From an uncultured Candidatus Saccharibacteria bacterium (GTDB lineage Bacteria > Patescibacteriota > Dojkabacteria > B142 > JAFGMG01): a stretch of DNA of 64,000 nt. This document shows, piece by piece, positions 18,646 through 27,945 of this stretch (within the stretch, counting starts at the first letter, position 1; each line of letters starts with the position of its first letter). Location: NCBI GenBank assembly GCA_964391325.1, contig CAYMJM010000003.1, positions 3,211 to 67,210 of the forward strand. Reading direction: 5' to 3'. Under the pieces are notes generated by a model. It saw nothing but the letters and a program-made list of their open reading frames with translations. It had not been told where the DNA came from and did no database searches. The position numbers were made by a program, and so were the translations under genes.

Positions 18646-20562
18646 ATGGATGATCTAAACCTAGAGCAAAGAAGGGCTGTTGAATTAATTAATGGCCCTG
18701 TTGTAATCAAGGCCGGTCCTGGTACGGGGAAAACAAAGACGCTGGTTGCTAAAATAAGTTATTTGCTTCATTCTGGAGTACATCCTGAGGCGATACTAGC
18801 ACTTACTTTCACTAAAAAAGCAGCAAAAGAAATTGCAAGCCGTATTAAAATTAGCGAATCAAGTAGCAAAAAACATCTTAATGTTTATACATTTCACAGC
18901 TTTGCTTACGAACTTCTGAGACAAGAGAATGATAATGTAAATATCATAAATAACGACCAGAAAAGAAAAATCCTTTTAGGTTTGCAAGAAAGTGCCCCTG
19001 ATATTAAGAATATTAGTTTGAGAGAGCTAGAGTTAATTATAAGCAGGGCTAAAAATATAGAAACCCGAAATGAGAAAATTCAACAATTAGTTGACACATA
19101 TCAAAGATTGATAGAGGCGGAGGGATTTATAGATTTTGATGATCTCTTGCTAAAGCTTATTAATTCTCTCTCAGACAACGCTACCAAATTACAGCAAATC
19201 CAAGACAAGTACCGCTATGTTCTAGTGGATGAGTTTCAGGATACTAATTTTATTCAGTATAAACTGATCCGGATGCTCACTGGAAAGTATAGGAATATAA
19301 CTGTAATTGGAGATCCTTTACAGTCAATTTATACTTTTAGAGGCGCTGATAGCACTATATTTGACCAGTTTTTCAATGACTATCAAGAAGTGGAAGTTGT
19401 TGAATTTACGGTCAATTATCGTTCGCGTAAAAGTATTTTGAAAACAAGTACGAGGCTGTTTCCAGATAGCAGAGAACTGCACTCTTTCAAAGAAGGGCAT
19501 CCGGGGGTGGTAGCTTTGATTGAGACATTAGATTCTTATACAGAAGCTGCATGGATTATTAATAAAGTAGAGGAAAAAGTAGGAGGCAGTGATTTAAACA
19601 AAGCATCTGATATGGCTGGCAATCAAGATGAGTCAGCTCGTTTTAAAGATTTCGCTATATTATACAGAGTGCATGGCATTAACCATGTCATTGAACAGAA
19701 GCTAAGAGAGTCAGGGATTCCATATCAAAAAGTGGGGGCAGAAAGTATGTATGATAAAAAAGAGATCAATTTTATTATCACACTTCTTAAATACTATCAT
19801 TCAAGAGAAGATAAAGACCTACTTCTTGTGCTGAGTCATCCTTATTTAAAATTATCACGAGCAGTTTTAGGTAAAATACAACGTTTCTATAAGAATGAAG
19901 GCAATTTACGGGAAATGCTTCTAACAATTATCTCTCAGAAAAATTTGACAAAGTCACAGATTGGAAAATTAAGGACAATAATAAATAATATTGAACAAAT
20001 TGATTCTGTTATCAAAGAATCAAATGTATCCGCTGTTGTGAGCTTCATTGTAGAAAAGTTTAATATACTTGAGTCTGGAAATGAACAAACTGAGTTGGAG
20101 ATTAGGGAGTTTATTAATAATTTAGGTAGATTTGAAGATGATCCAGCCAGTCTGGGCACATTTCTCGATTATCTTACCGAAATAGAAGCTCAAGATTATT
20201 ATGATGATAAGGTTGATAAGATCTCTTTAATGTCGATTCATGCAGCAAAAGGCTTGGAGTTTAAATATGTTTTCATTATAGGTTTAGAGGAGGGGATAAT
20301 TCCTTACCAAAAGAGCATTGAGGAAAACAATATCGAAGAGGAGAAACGGCTTTTGTATGTTGGAATGACAAGAGCAGAAGACGGTCTTTATCTTCTATAT
20401 ACACAAGAGCGTTGGAAAGAAGGCTACATAAAGGCTTCTTCCTTTAAGAAGTTCATTGAGGGCAAGCCTTTGCTGGAGATCCAAGATGAGGCAATAGCAA
20501 AGGTAAAAAAGGCAAGGGAAAGGTACAAAGCTAAAAAAAGTCAAATTAGGTTTGGAATTTAA
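18646..20562 (+). CDS. UvrD/PcrA/Rep family SF1A helicase
   Basis: AGPGTGKT, DEFQDTN, GDPLQSIY.FRGA, NYRS, SIHAAKGLEF, EEKRLLYVGMTRA. Confidence 0.95.
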   Translation: MDDLNLEQRRAVELINGPVVIKAGPGTGKTKTLVAKISYLLHSGVHPEAILALTFTKKAAKEIASRIKISESSSKKHLNVYTFHSFAYELLRQENDNVNIINNDQKRKILLGLQESAPDIKNISLRELELIISRAKNIETRNEKIQQLVDTYQRLIEAEGFIDFDDLLLKLINSLSDNATKLQQIQDKYRYVLVDEFQDTNFIQYKLIRMLTGKYRNITVIGDPLQSIYTFRGADSTIFDQFFNDYQEVEVVEFTVNYRSRKSILKTSTRLFPDSRELHSFKEGHPGVVALIETLDSYTEAAWIINKVEEKVGGSDLNKASDMAGNQDESARFKDFAILYRVHGINHVIEQKLRESGIPYQKVGAESMYDKKEINFIITLLKYYHSREDKDLLLVLSHPYLKLSRAVLGKIQRFYKNEGNLREMLLTIISQKNLTKSQIGKLRTIINNIEQIDSVIKESNVSAVVSFIVEKFNILESGNEQTELEIREFINNLGRFEDDPASLGTFLDYLTEIEAQDYYDDKVDKISLMSIHAAKGLEFKYVFIIGLEEGIIPYQKSIEENNIEEEKRLLYVGMTRAEDGLYLLYTQERWKEGYIKASSFKKFIEGKPLLEIQDEAIAKVKKARERYKAKKSQIRFGI

Positions 20563-20584
20563 GGATTGGTAAATACTTTTTAAA

Positions 20585-21028
20585 CTAGCGTTTAGATACT
20601 GGGTTAGCACAATTCTTGCAGTAACCAAAAAATTCTATAGAGTGGTCAATTTTCTTAAATCTCAACTTTCTTTGTATTTTTATTTCAGTTTTTAGTATCA
20701 ATTCTTCCACTCCTCTTAGTTCTACAGCAATAATTTTACTACAGCCCTTACACACAATATGATGGTGGTGCTTCTTTTGTGCCAATTCGTAGCGGATATA
20801 GTTATCGTTAAAGTATACTTCTTTGATTATCCTATTCTGTAGTAAAAATTCAAGATTTCTGTATATAGTAGCTTTGTCTGCAGAGGTAACTTTACGTACC
20901 TTGAAAATAATTTCTTTTGGGGTTAGCGGCTTATTAGCTTCCATCAAAGCTTCAAGGATTGATAGTCGCTGCTTGGTTATACGAAAACCTCGATTTTTTA
21001 ATCTGTCTGTTAGCTCTAAAGTTTTCAT
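20585..21028 (-). CDS. Fur-family regulator, probably Zur
   Basis: RITKQR, ATIYRNL, HHHHIVCKGC, GYCKNC; divergent from znu genes. Start placed at ATG 21028. Confidence 0.9.
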   Translation of the reverse strand: MKTLELTDRLKNRGFRITKQRLSILEALMEANKPLTPKEIIFKVRKVTSADKATIYRNLEFLLQNRIIKEVYFNDNYIRYELAQKKHHHHIVCKGCSKIIAVELRGVEELILKTEIKIQRKLRFKKIDHSIEFFGYCKNCANPVSKR

Positions 21029-21069
21029 ACTTGACAATTAAAACACTTAATTATAATATATGTTATTAG

Positions 21070-21092
21070 TTATTACAACTGAGTTGCAATAA
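21070..21092. promoter_or_regulatory. Putative Zur operator
   Basis: Palindrome TTATTACAACT-G-AGTTGCAATAA (10 of 11 matches) between TTGACA(21031)-17-TAATAT(21054) and the znuA start. Confidence 0.7.
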
Positions 21093-22030
21093 TGGACAAG
21101 AAAAAAATAATCCTTTTTGTAAGTGCAGCTATTCCGATCCTTTTAGTACTGTTTTTCCTTTCTTTTCCTGAGAGGCAGGAAAAGAAAGACGACAAGCTAA
21201 AAGTAGCGGCGAGTATTTTTCCAATATACGATATAACAAGGCAAATAGCAGGAGACAAAGTCGAAGTAGTGCAAATACTTCCTAATAACCAGAGTGAGCA
21301 TACATACAGCCCAACAATTAGAGACAAGGAAAGGGTAATGGGTTCAGACGTTGCATTGTTAATAGGGTTAGGGATAGATGACTGGTGTATAGACCTCTTA
21401 GACGACGATACTCTGACTTATACTCTTTATAAAGATATCAATCTGATTGCAGCAGAGGAGCTGGCAATCGAGGAAGAAGGTGTTATTGAAGATGATCATG
21501 AAGAGTATGAAATTGCGGACCCACATTACTGGATGTCGATTCAAAACGGCATAATTATTACTGATAATATTAAGAATATTTTATCAGAGATGGATCCAGA
21601 TAATTCTGACTATTATGAAACACAAGCTAATCAATATAAAGCCCAACTTGCTGTAGTATATGATAAGTATCAGCAAAGTTTACATGAATTAGAAAAGAGA
21701 GAATTAGTTACCTTTCATGAAGCTTTTAACTATCTGGCAAGGGAATTGGGATTAAATGTTGTCGCGACAATAGAACCATTTGCTGGCAAGGAACCCAGTC
21801 TTGCTTATATACAAAAGGTTGGGAAGATAATAGAAGAGTATGATATTAGAGTTTTATACAAAGAACCTCAGTTATCAGATGTTTCCTTAGAGCCTTTAAA
21901 AAACGCTTATGACGTTGAAATAAGAACCTTAGACCCATTAGGAGGTGTGGAAGACCGAGATTCCTTTATAAAATTGTTAGAGTATAATATAAATATAATT
22001 TTTGAAGACCTTAATGAAAACAGTAATTGA
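21092..22030 (+). CDS. znuA: Zn/Mn ABC transporter substrate-binding protein (ZnuA-like)
   Basis: EHTYSP, acidic loop, DPHYW, TFHEAFNY, LDPLGG. Confidence 0.88.
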   Translation: MDKKKIILFVSAAIPILLVLFFLSFPERQEKKDDKLKVAASIFPIYDITRQIAGDKVEVVQILPNNQSEHTYSPTIRDKERVMGSDVALLIGLGIDDWCIDLLDDDTLTYTLYKDINLIAAEELAIEEEGVIEDDHEEYEIADPHYWMSIQNGIIITDNIKNILSEMDPDNSDYYETQANQYKAQLAVVYDKYQQSLHELEKRELVTFHEAFNYLARELGLNVVATIEPFAGKEPSLAYIQKVGKIIEEYDIRVLYKEPQLSDVSLEPLKNAYDVEIRTLDPLGGVEDRDSFIKLLEYNINIIFEDLNENSN

Positions 22031-22667
22031 GCTGAAGGATATCAGTGCTGGTTATAATAACGCTTTAGTATTAAAGGATATAAACCTTGCCATAAAAGAA
22101 GGAGAACAGCTGTTTGTTTTGGGAGGCAATGGTTCTGGAAAAACTACTTTAGTTAAAACAATTTTAGGCTTGGTCAAGCAAGATAAGGGGGAAGTTTTGA
22201 TATATGGCGAAAGACGTACACAAGAAGCAGTCGCAAGTAACTTCGGCTATGTCCCACAATCAACCTCTGGTATTAGGACTTTTCCAATATCAGTAAGTGA
22301 AGTTATTAAAATTGAATGTAGTATGGCTGATAATTGTCCAGTAGGAGTGATTGAGCATTTAGAAAAGTTTAATGCTGAACATCTTATGGATAGAAAGTTG
22401 AGCGATTTGTCTGGAGGTGAGTTTCAGAGAGTTCTGCTGGCTCGAGCATTTGTTACACAGCCGCAAGTGCTTGTCTTGGATGAGCCAACCAATAATCTTG
22501 ATGTAGAGTCTATTCATAGATTGCATGAAATAATTGTTGACTATAAAAATAGTGGACATACTATTATTACTATATCTCATGACGATGATGTCGTAGAAGA
22601 AACTCGAGTAGATAGTAAATCCAGAGTGGTTAAACTAGAGGAGGGTACATTAGTTAATCTAGATTAA
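22014..22667 (+). CDS. znuC: Zn/Mn ABC transporter ATPase (ZnuC-like)
   Basis: GGNGSGKTT, GYVPQ, LSGGEFQR, LDEPT. Start placed at ATG 22014. Confidence 0.88.
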   Translation: MKTVIELKDISAGYNNALVLKDINLAIKEGEQLFVLGGNGSGKTTLVKTILGLVKQDKGEVLIYGERRTQEAVASNFGYVPQSTSGIRTFPISVSEVIKIECSMADNCPVGVIEHLEKFNAEHLMDRKLSDLSGGEFQRVLLARAFVTQPQVLVLDEPTNNLDVESIHRLHEIIVDYKNSGHTIITISHDDDVVEETRVDSKSRVVKLEEGTLVNLD

Positions 22668-22668
22668 T

Positions 22669-23481
22669 ATGAATATTATCGATACGTTTACACAACCATT
22701 TATGCTACAGGCCTTATTTGTTGGTATCTTGGTAGGAATTTTACTGGCAGTATTAGGTGTCTTCATAACCTTAAGAAATAAGGCGTTTTTGGTAGATGGG
22801 ATTTCGCACGGATCTCTGGCAGGCATTGCTATCGGTTTAGTACTCTTCGGCCAGCCATTGATGCTTGCACTTATGGTCGCAGTTTTAATTGCAGTAGGCA
22901 TCACGTATTTTCAGAAAAATTCAAACGTGCAGGTAGATTCTTTAATAGGAATTTTTTATACAGTTTTCTTTGCACTTGGAGTCCTTATAATCAATCTTTC
23001 TAGTAGTTACCAGCCTGATATCACCAGGTACTTATTTGGGTCTTTATTATTTTTAGATGAGGGATCTATGTACCTGTCAGCAGGAACCTTTTTTATAGTG
23101 TTTATTTTAATATTATTTAACTATTCCAAATTGCTATATGTTACCTTTGACCCTGAGGCTGCTTATATCAGAGGAATAAAAGTGGATCGATGGGAACTCT
23201 TACTAAATATTATGACAAGTATGGCAATTGTTATTGCCTTAAAACTTATTGGGGTCGTAATGGTTTCAGGGCTCGTCATTATTCCAGCTAGTATTGCCAG
23301 GTTGCTAGCTAGAGATTTTAAGTCCATGATTCCCGTCTCTATTTTGGCAAGTATTACCTCTACTATATTAGGGATAGTACTTTCGTATTATCTTGATGTT
23401 CCCTCCGGGGCCTCTATTGTGATGATCGCCGGGATCATCTTCCTTCTGTCGTTCCTTCTTCATAAGATCAGACTGTTTTAA
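22669..23481 (+). CDS. znuB: Zn/Mn ABC transporter permease (ZnuB-like)
   Basis: DGISHGSLAG, YLFGS, TFDPEAA, DVPSGASIV. Confidence 0.88.
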   Translation: MNIIDTFTQPFMLQALFVGILVGILLAVLGVFITLRNKAFLVDGISHGSLAGIAIGLVLFGQPLMLALMVAVLIAVGITYFQKNSNVQVDSLIGIFYTVFFALGVLIINLSSSYQPDITRYLFGSLLFLDEGSMYLSAGTFFIVFILILFNYSKLLYVTFDPEAAYIRGIKVDRWELLLNIMTSMAIVIALKLIGVVMVSGLVIIPASIARLLARDFKSMIPVSILASITSTILGIVLSYYLDVPSGASIVMIAGIIFLLSFLLHKIRLF

Positions 23482-23596
23482 TATACTTCTATCTTAATTT
23501 TGCCTTTTGCAAGGTAAAAGGGCATAATTATGTAAAGCTCTTTTAAATCTGCGTTTTAATTTAGAGAGCAGGTATTTTATTTTTTATATACTTTTT

Positions 23597-23854
23597 ATGA
23601 ATATATTGGTATGGATCCTGGTGGGTTTGATTGCAGGTGGATTAGCCGGATGGTTTGTGAAGGGAAGAGGATTTGGGTTGGTAGGCGATACGATAGTAGG
23701 TCTTTTGGGCGCGTTAATTGGTGGCTTCCTATTTAGCTTATTTGGGCTGGAAGCTGATAACATTTTAGGTTCTATAGTTGTATCGTTTGTCGGGGCTGTT
23801 GCTCTATTAATGCTTGTCAAAGCGGTTAAACCAAGTACCTCGCCAGCCGCTTAG
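23597..23854 (+). CDS. GlsB/YeaQ/YmgE family (transglycosylase-associated) membrane protein
   Basis: WILVGLIAGGLAG...IVGLLGALIGG...VGAVALL. Confidence 0.9.
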   Translation: MNILVWILVGLIAGGLAGWFVKGRGFGLVGDTIVGLLGALIGGFLFSLFGLEADNILGSIVVSFVGAVALLMLVKAVKPSTSPAA

Positions 23855-23887
23855 AAACTTGAAATTTGATATTGGGTAAAAAGTTAG

Positions 23888-25147
23888 TTAGTAGTCGCCA
23901 TGTGTGGGTCTATGACGTAATACGTATAAAAGGTCATTTTTCCTTACCTTCTTGCTAATTTTGAAAGTGATTACCTCTCCCTGTGTAGCCATCTGAATTG
24001 CTTTTTCGTCTTTTAGCATTGATTCAATCTTTCCTCTTGCCAGGCCTGTTGTCGGTCCAGTAATTATGTACTTATCTCCAATCTGAAATTGATCTTTGGC
24101 CTGTATTCGTGCTTGTGCAACGCCTATTTTAGGATAGTAGCGTTCTATTATTCCGATATGTGTTCGTTCCTGCGTAGCCTTACTACCATATACGCCTGCC
24201 CATTCGTTTATCTTGCGACCCATGTAGAAATTCTGGGTAAAGCCTCTGTTGAATACTGTTTTGAGTTCTTGATTCCATTTCTTTACAAGTTCTTGTGAGT
24301 AAGTTCTATCTTCAATAGCTTGTAGTGCCTCTTTATACGTCCGTATTACAGTATCTACGTACTCCGGTGATCTGCCGCGACCTTCAAACTTTAATACCTT
24401 AATGCCGGTTTTAACTAGCCCAGGAAGCATACCAATAGTGCAAAGATCTGCAGAACTCATGATGTAGTTGTTATCAACCACGAGTTCTTTTCCGCTACTT
24501 AAATCTGTAACTTTATACTCCCTTCTGCACATTTGGCTACACTTTCCACGATTTGCGGAAGTATTGTAACAATACATACTCATTCCGCATCTCCCGCTGA
24601 CAGCTACACATAGTGCTCCGTGTGCAAAAACTTCAACCTCAATCAGTTTTCCCTTTGGTCCTTTGATATTTTGAGCTTCTATTTGTTTGACTATACCTTC
24701 TACTTGTTTTAGGGATAGTTCGCGCGCTAATACAACTCTGTCTGAAAATTGTGAATAAAACTTTAAGCTTTCTGAATTTGAAATAGACATTTGAGTTGAT
24801 ATATGTACTTCAATGTTCTGAGATCTTGCATATTGGATGGTAGCCATGTCTGATGCGATTATCGCATCAATTTTATACCTCTCTGCTCCCTCTACTATTT
24901 TTCGCATTCGGTCAAGTTCTTCATCGTAAAGCAAAGTGTTTAAGGTAATGTAGGTTTTTACACCTTTTCGTTTACACCTGCGGGTAACTTCCTGAAGATC
25001 TTCAAGCTTGAAGTTGGCCGCTGCAGTTGCACGCATATTAAAATCGTCAATACCAAAATAGATGGCATCTGCGCCAGCATCTATAGCTGTTTGTAATGTT
25101 TCAAAAGAACCTGCGGGAGCAAGTAACTCGATGTGTTCTGTCTTCAT
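23888..25147 (-). CDS. U32 family protein (TrhP/RlhA-like)
   Basis: ELLAPAG, GADAIY, HISTQ, LAREL, HGALCVAVSGRC, NRGKCSQMCR, KFEGRGR. Confidence 0.92.
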   Translation of the reverse strand: MKTEHIELLAPAGSFETLQTAIDAGADAIYFGIDDFNMRATAAANFKLEDLQEVTRRCKRKGVKTYITLNTLLYDEELDRMRKIVEGAERYKIDAIIASDMATIQYARSQNIEVHISTQMSISNSESLKFYSQFSDRVVLARELSLKQVEGIVKQIEAQNIKGPKGKLIEVEVFAHGALCVAVSGRCGMSMYCYNTSANRGKCSQMCRREYKVTDLSSGKELVVDNNYIMSSADLCTIGMLPGLVKTGIKVLKFEGRGRSPEYVDTVIRTYKEALQAIEDRTYSQELVKKWNQELKTVFNRGFTQNFYMGRKINEWAGVYGSKATQERTHIGIIERYYPKIGVAQARIQAKDQFQIGDKYIITGPTTGLARGKIESMLKDEKAIQMATQGEVITFKISKKVRKNDLLYVLRHRPTHGDY

Positions 25148-25203
25148 GGTTTTCAGAAATCCTCTTAAACTCCGATTTTATCATTTATAGTGAAACTTGG
25201 GAG

Positions 25204-25605
25204 TTATTTTTTTGATTCCAGACTTTCTAATGCTGCTTTGAACATACGTTCATGGTCATCCTCTCTATCTATTGCAACTTGAAAGGCTTTAATAGCCTCT
25301 TCCTTATTGACAGCTTCTTCTTCTTTGGCTTCCTCAATCATTTTTGGGTACATGGTATCAACTTCGTCTGCTTCTCCTTCTACCGCGTCACGGAGGTTCT
25401 CTAAAGTTGATTTTACTAGGCCTGCAGCTCTAAGGTGTGTTATGCCATGAATTGTCTCCGCCCCAGCTGCTTCCATAAAGAGTTGAGCTATCTCAGGCAT
25501 TCTTTCTTCCATTGCCTGTTGTGCAAAAGCAGTATATTTTAATCTTGCCATCGCTTCTCCCTGTGCAGCCTTCAGGAGATTTTCATTGGTTTTCGTTGCT
25601 TGCAT
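25204..25605 (-). CDS. Rubrerythrin-like ferritin-fold protein (no rubredoxin tail)
   Basis: GEAMARLKY, ETIH, ENL..AVEGE..E, MYP, EDDH. Confidence 0.85.
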   Translation of the reverse strand: MQATKTNENLLKAAQGEAMARLKYTAFAQQAMEERMPEIAQLFMEAAGAETIHGITHLRAAGLVKSTLENLRDAVEGEADEVDTMYPKMIEEAKEEEAVNKEEAIKAFQVAIDREDDHERMFKAALESLESKK

Positions 25606-25666
25606 TAGTACACTATTAATAAATAAAATATTTTAATTATAGTAATTAGTGTTTAATTCGGTCGTA

Positions 25667-26827
25667 TCATGCGCCAATTATTATCAACTCTTCCTGAGCA
25701 CGGGTTACTGCAGTGTAAAGCCATTTTTTCCACATTTCGTCCGTCATCTGCTTAAATCGTTCTTCAAACAGAACGACTTTTTTCGCTTCGCTTCCTTGGG
25801 CTTTATGGACAGTCAGGGCATATCCATAATCGAATAGATCTGCTTCTAAAGTTTCCTTACGTTTACTGGAAAAATTATAAACCATTTTTGAGTTGAATTG
25901 TTGAGCCAAGATAATACCTTGGAAGAAATGTCCATCATCAAATTCTATTTTCGCATAATAATCCTTCGTTTCTGGGCTAATTGAGTTAATAGTGCCTAGC
26001 ATTCCATTAAATATCTGCTTTTTATGGTTATTACGAAGACAGATAACTCTATCTCCGATTACTGGAATTTCCGTTTCAATGCCTTTATTTTGTCTGATTT
26101 GTTGATTTAGTTTAATACGTGTGAAGTTGTAACCACAGAGTATTAAAGTATTTGAGTTATATCCTTGCAATATGTCTTCAAGCTCATTATAAATATCCGG
26201 ATCATACCTATTGATTTTTCTTACGCCGTTACCAAAGACTCCTACGGGGATTTGTCCGGTTTGTCTGGCTATTTGTGATACATGGATGATAGGATCTCCT
26301 GCTGCCTGGCGATGTATCTGTTCCAGCTTGATATCTGGTTGCTGCATCAAATTAAATTCTCCCTCTATTGGCGGTAGCTGTCCATGATCTCCCACAGCTA
26401 GTACTGGTATTGAATAACTCAGCATATCCTGCCAGATTCTTTGATTAACCATAGATGCTTCATCAACAATAATTAAATCAATATCTATAGTATCTTTTCC
26501 TTCCCATCCAATGATTTCCTCTGTTTTAGGGTCTATGATCGGGGAGTAGAATAGAGAATGGATGGTGCCTATATAATCTTGCTTATATTTTGATTTGGAG
26601 TGCGAAATCTTGCCTTCCAGAACTCTTGCTCCCTTTCCAGTGTAGCTTACAAAAGCAACTTTAAGTTTATTATTTTTCTTATGGAGTTGTTGCCTTAGTA
26701 TGGAAATAAGGGTTGTTTTTCCTGTGCCTGCATAACCTCCTAACGTGATATAAGATTTCTTGTCCTTTTGTCTATACCATGACAGCAGAACGTCTAATGC
26801 GTATTTTTGGTCGGGAGATAGTTGCAT
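25667..26827 (-). CDS. RecD/Dda-like SF1B helicase
   Basis: GGYAGTGKTT, TIHS, VDEASMV, GDHGQLPP, YALTVHKAQGSE, LYTAVTRA. Start placed at MQLSPDQ (26827). Confidence 0.92.
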   Translation of the reverse strand: MQLSPDQKYALDVLLSWYRQKDKKSYITLGGYAGTGKTTLISILRQQLHKKNNKLKVAFVSYTGKGARVLEGKISHSKSKYKQDYIGTIHSLFYSPIIDPKTEEIIGWEGKDTIDIDLIIVDEASMVNQRIWQDMLSYSIPVLAVGDHGQLPPIEGEFNLMQQPDIKLEQIHRQAAGDPIIHVSQIARQTGQIPVGVFGNGVRKINRYDPDIYNELEDILQGYNSNTLILCGYNFTRIKLNQQIRQNKGIETEIPVIGDRVICLRNNHKKQIFNGMLGTINSISPETKDYYAKIEFDDGHFFQGIILAQQFNSKMVYNFSSKRKETLEADLFDYGYALTVHKAQGSEAKKVVLFEERFKQMTDEMWKKWLYTAVTRAQEELIIIGA

Positions 26828-26912
26828 GACATAATATTGTAACAGAAGAGGTAGCCAATATAAATAATATATTGGATATATATGATATAATATTACGTTT
26901 ATACTAAATAAT

Positions 26913-27899
26913 ATGAGAGAGGTCAACTCGCCTGTATGGGAGCAATGCAAAAATAACTTCAATAGGAGAGGCATTATAGATATCGTGAGAAGACCAGATG
27001 CATGGGCGCCTATTTTAGATAGGGTGCTAGAGACATTTCTCGAAAGTCAGGAAGGATTTATTAGAATTTATGAAAAAGCGCTTAAAATGCCCTGTGAAGC
27101 TAGTTTAAATGTGATTGATGTCGGTGATATTTCATTAGGTGGAGTAATTACTTATGATTTTGGGACGCAAGCTGTCCCTTTATTTAGAAGAGACTACCTT
27201 TCCAATTCAGAACAAGACAGGGTAGTTGAACAGATACCTGTTGTAAATATAGATGCTTCACGAAGGAATAAGTATATAGGTATCAGTGGACCAACAAGTT
27301 TAACATCAGGCTTCTTGAACAATGGCATTTTGTCAGTTGGACCACAAGGAGAGATTGTTTCGACAGGTATTCCTCCTTTCAAGGGTGGAATAATTATAAA
27401 ACAAGATTTATCTCTAGAGCTAGCAACAGCCGAACAATTAACAGAAATTCATTTTGATAGGGAGACTAATATAGCAGCATTAGGCGCTTCTTTGACTCTA
27501 GATACAAATTTTCTGCATGAACTGCAGCCAGGGGAAGCAGATCTTCTTCTATTAGCAAGAAGTATATGTATAGAAAATAAATATTTAGACTCATATAATG
27601 ACCAGTTTGGTTTTCTTTCCCAATCTAAAAAGGGTGATATGCTATATCATGTTGTTTCTTATTCGCCTAGAAGGGGAGACGAAGTTCACGCCGCAAATCC
27701 AACGTCTCACTTTCCCGATCCAATAGGAGAAAGTGTCGTTTGGGGAACATATTTATTGCTAAGGCATTTAGAGACTTACAAAGAGCCTAGAACAGCAGTG
27801 CTGCTGGAGGAATTTATACGTGGAGTCCCTTTTGTAGTTTCGAGGCATAGACGCCAAACTGCGCCAGTAGAATTCCTTTTCCCGGTCCAAGCAAAATAA
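26913..27899 (+). CDS. Hypothetical protein
   Basis: 328-aa ORF filling an otherwise empty region; no motif recognised. Confidence 0.7.
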   Translation: MREVNSPVWEQCKNNFNRRGIIDIVRRPDAWAPILDRVLETFLESQEGFIRIYEKALKMPCEASLNVIDVGDISLGGVITYDFGTQAVPLFRRDYLSNSEQDRVVEQIPVVNIDASRRNKYIGISGPTSLTSGFLNNGILSVGPQGEIVSTGIPPFKGGIIIKQDLSLELATAEQLTEIHFDRETNIAALGASLTLDTNFLHELQPGEADLLLLARSICIENKYLDSYNDQFGFLSQSKKGDMLYHVVSYSPRRGDEVHAANPTSHFPDPIGESVVWGTYLLLRHLETYKEPRTAVLLEEFIRGVPFVVSRHRRQTAPVEFLFPVQAK

Positions 27900-27945
27900 C
27901 CTGTAAAGATATCTTTTTATAGTAATAAATGAATACTTCGTATGC

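Noticed and set aside
16365-20562. PHP nuclease plus helicase as an anti-phage system (Gabija- or Ppl-like)
   Set aside because: The motifs match EndoQ and an ordinary UvrD, there is no OLD/TOPRIM ATPase, and the context is housekeeping.
25667-26974. Long N-terminal extensions in the ORF track (RecD-like, M20, pyk, ftsL, HD 30959, miaA, GNAT)
   Set aside because: The extensions overlap neighbours or promoter-like AT tracts; downstream ATGs fit family starts better.
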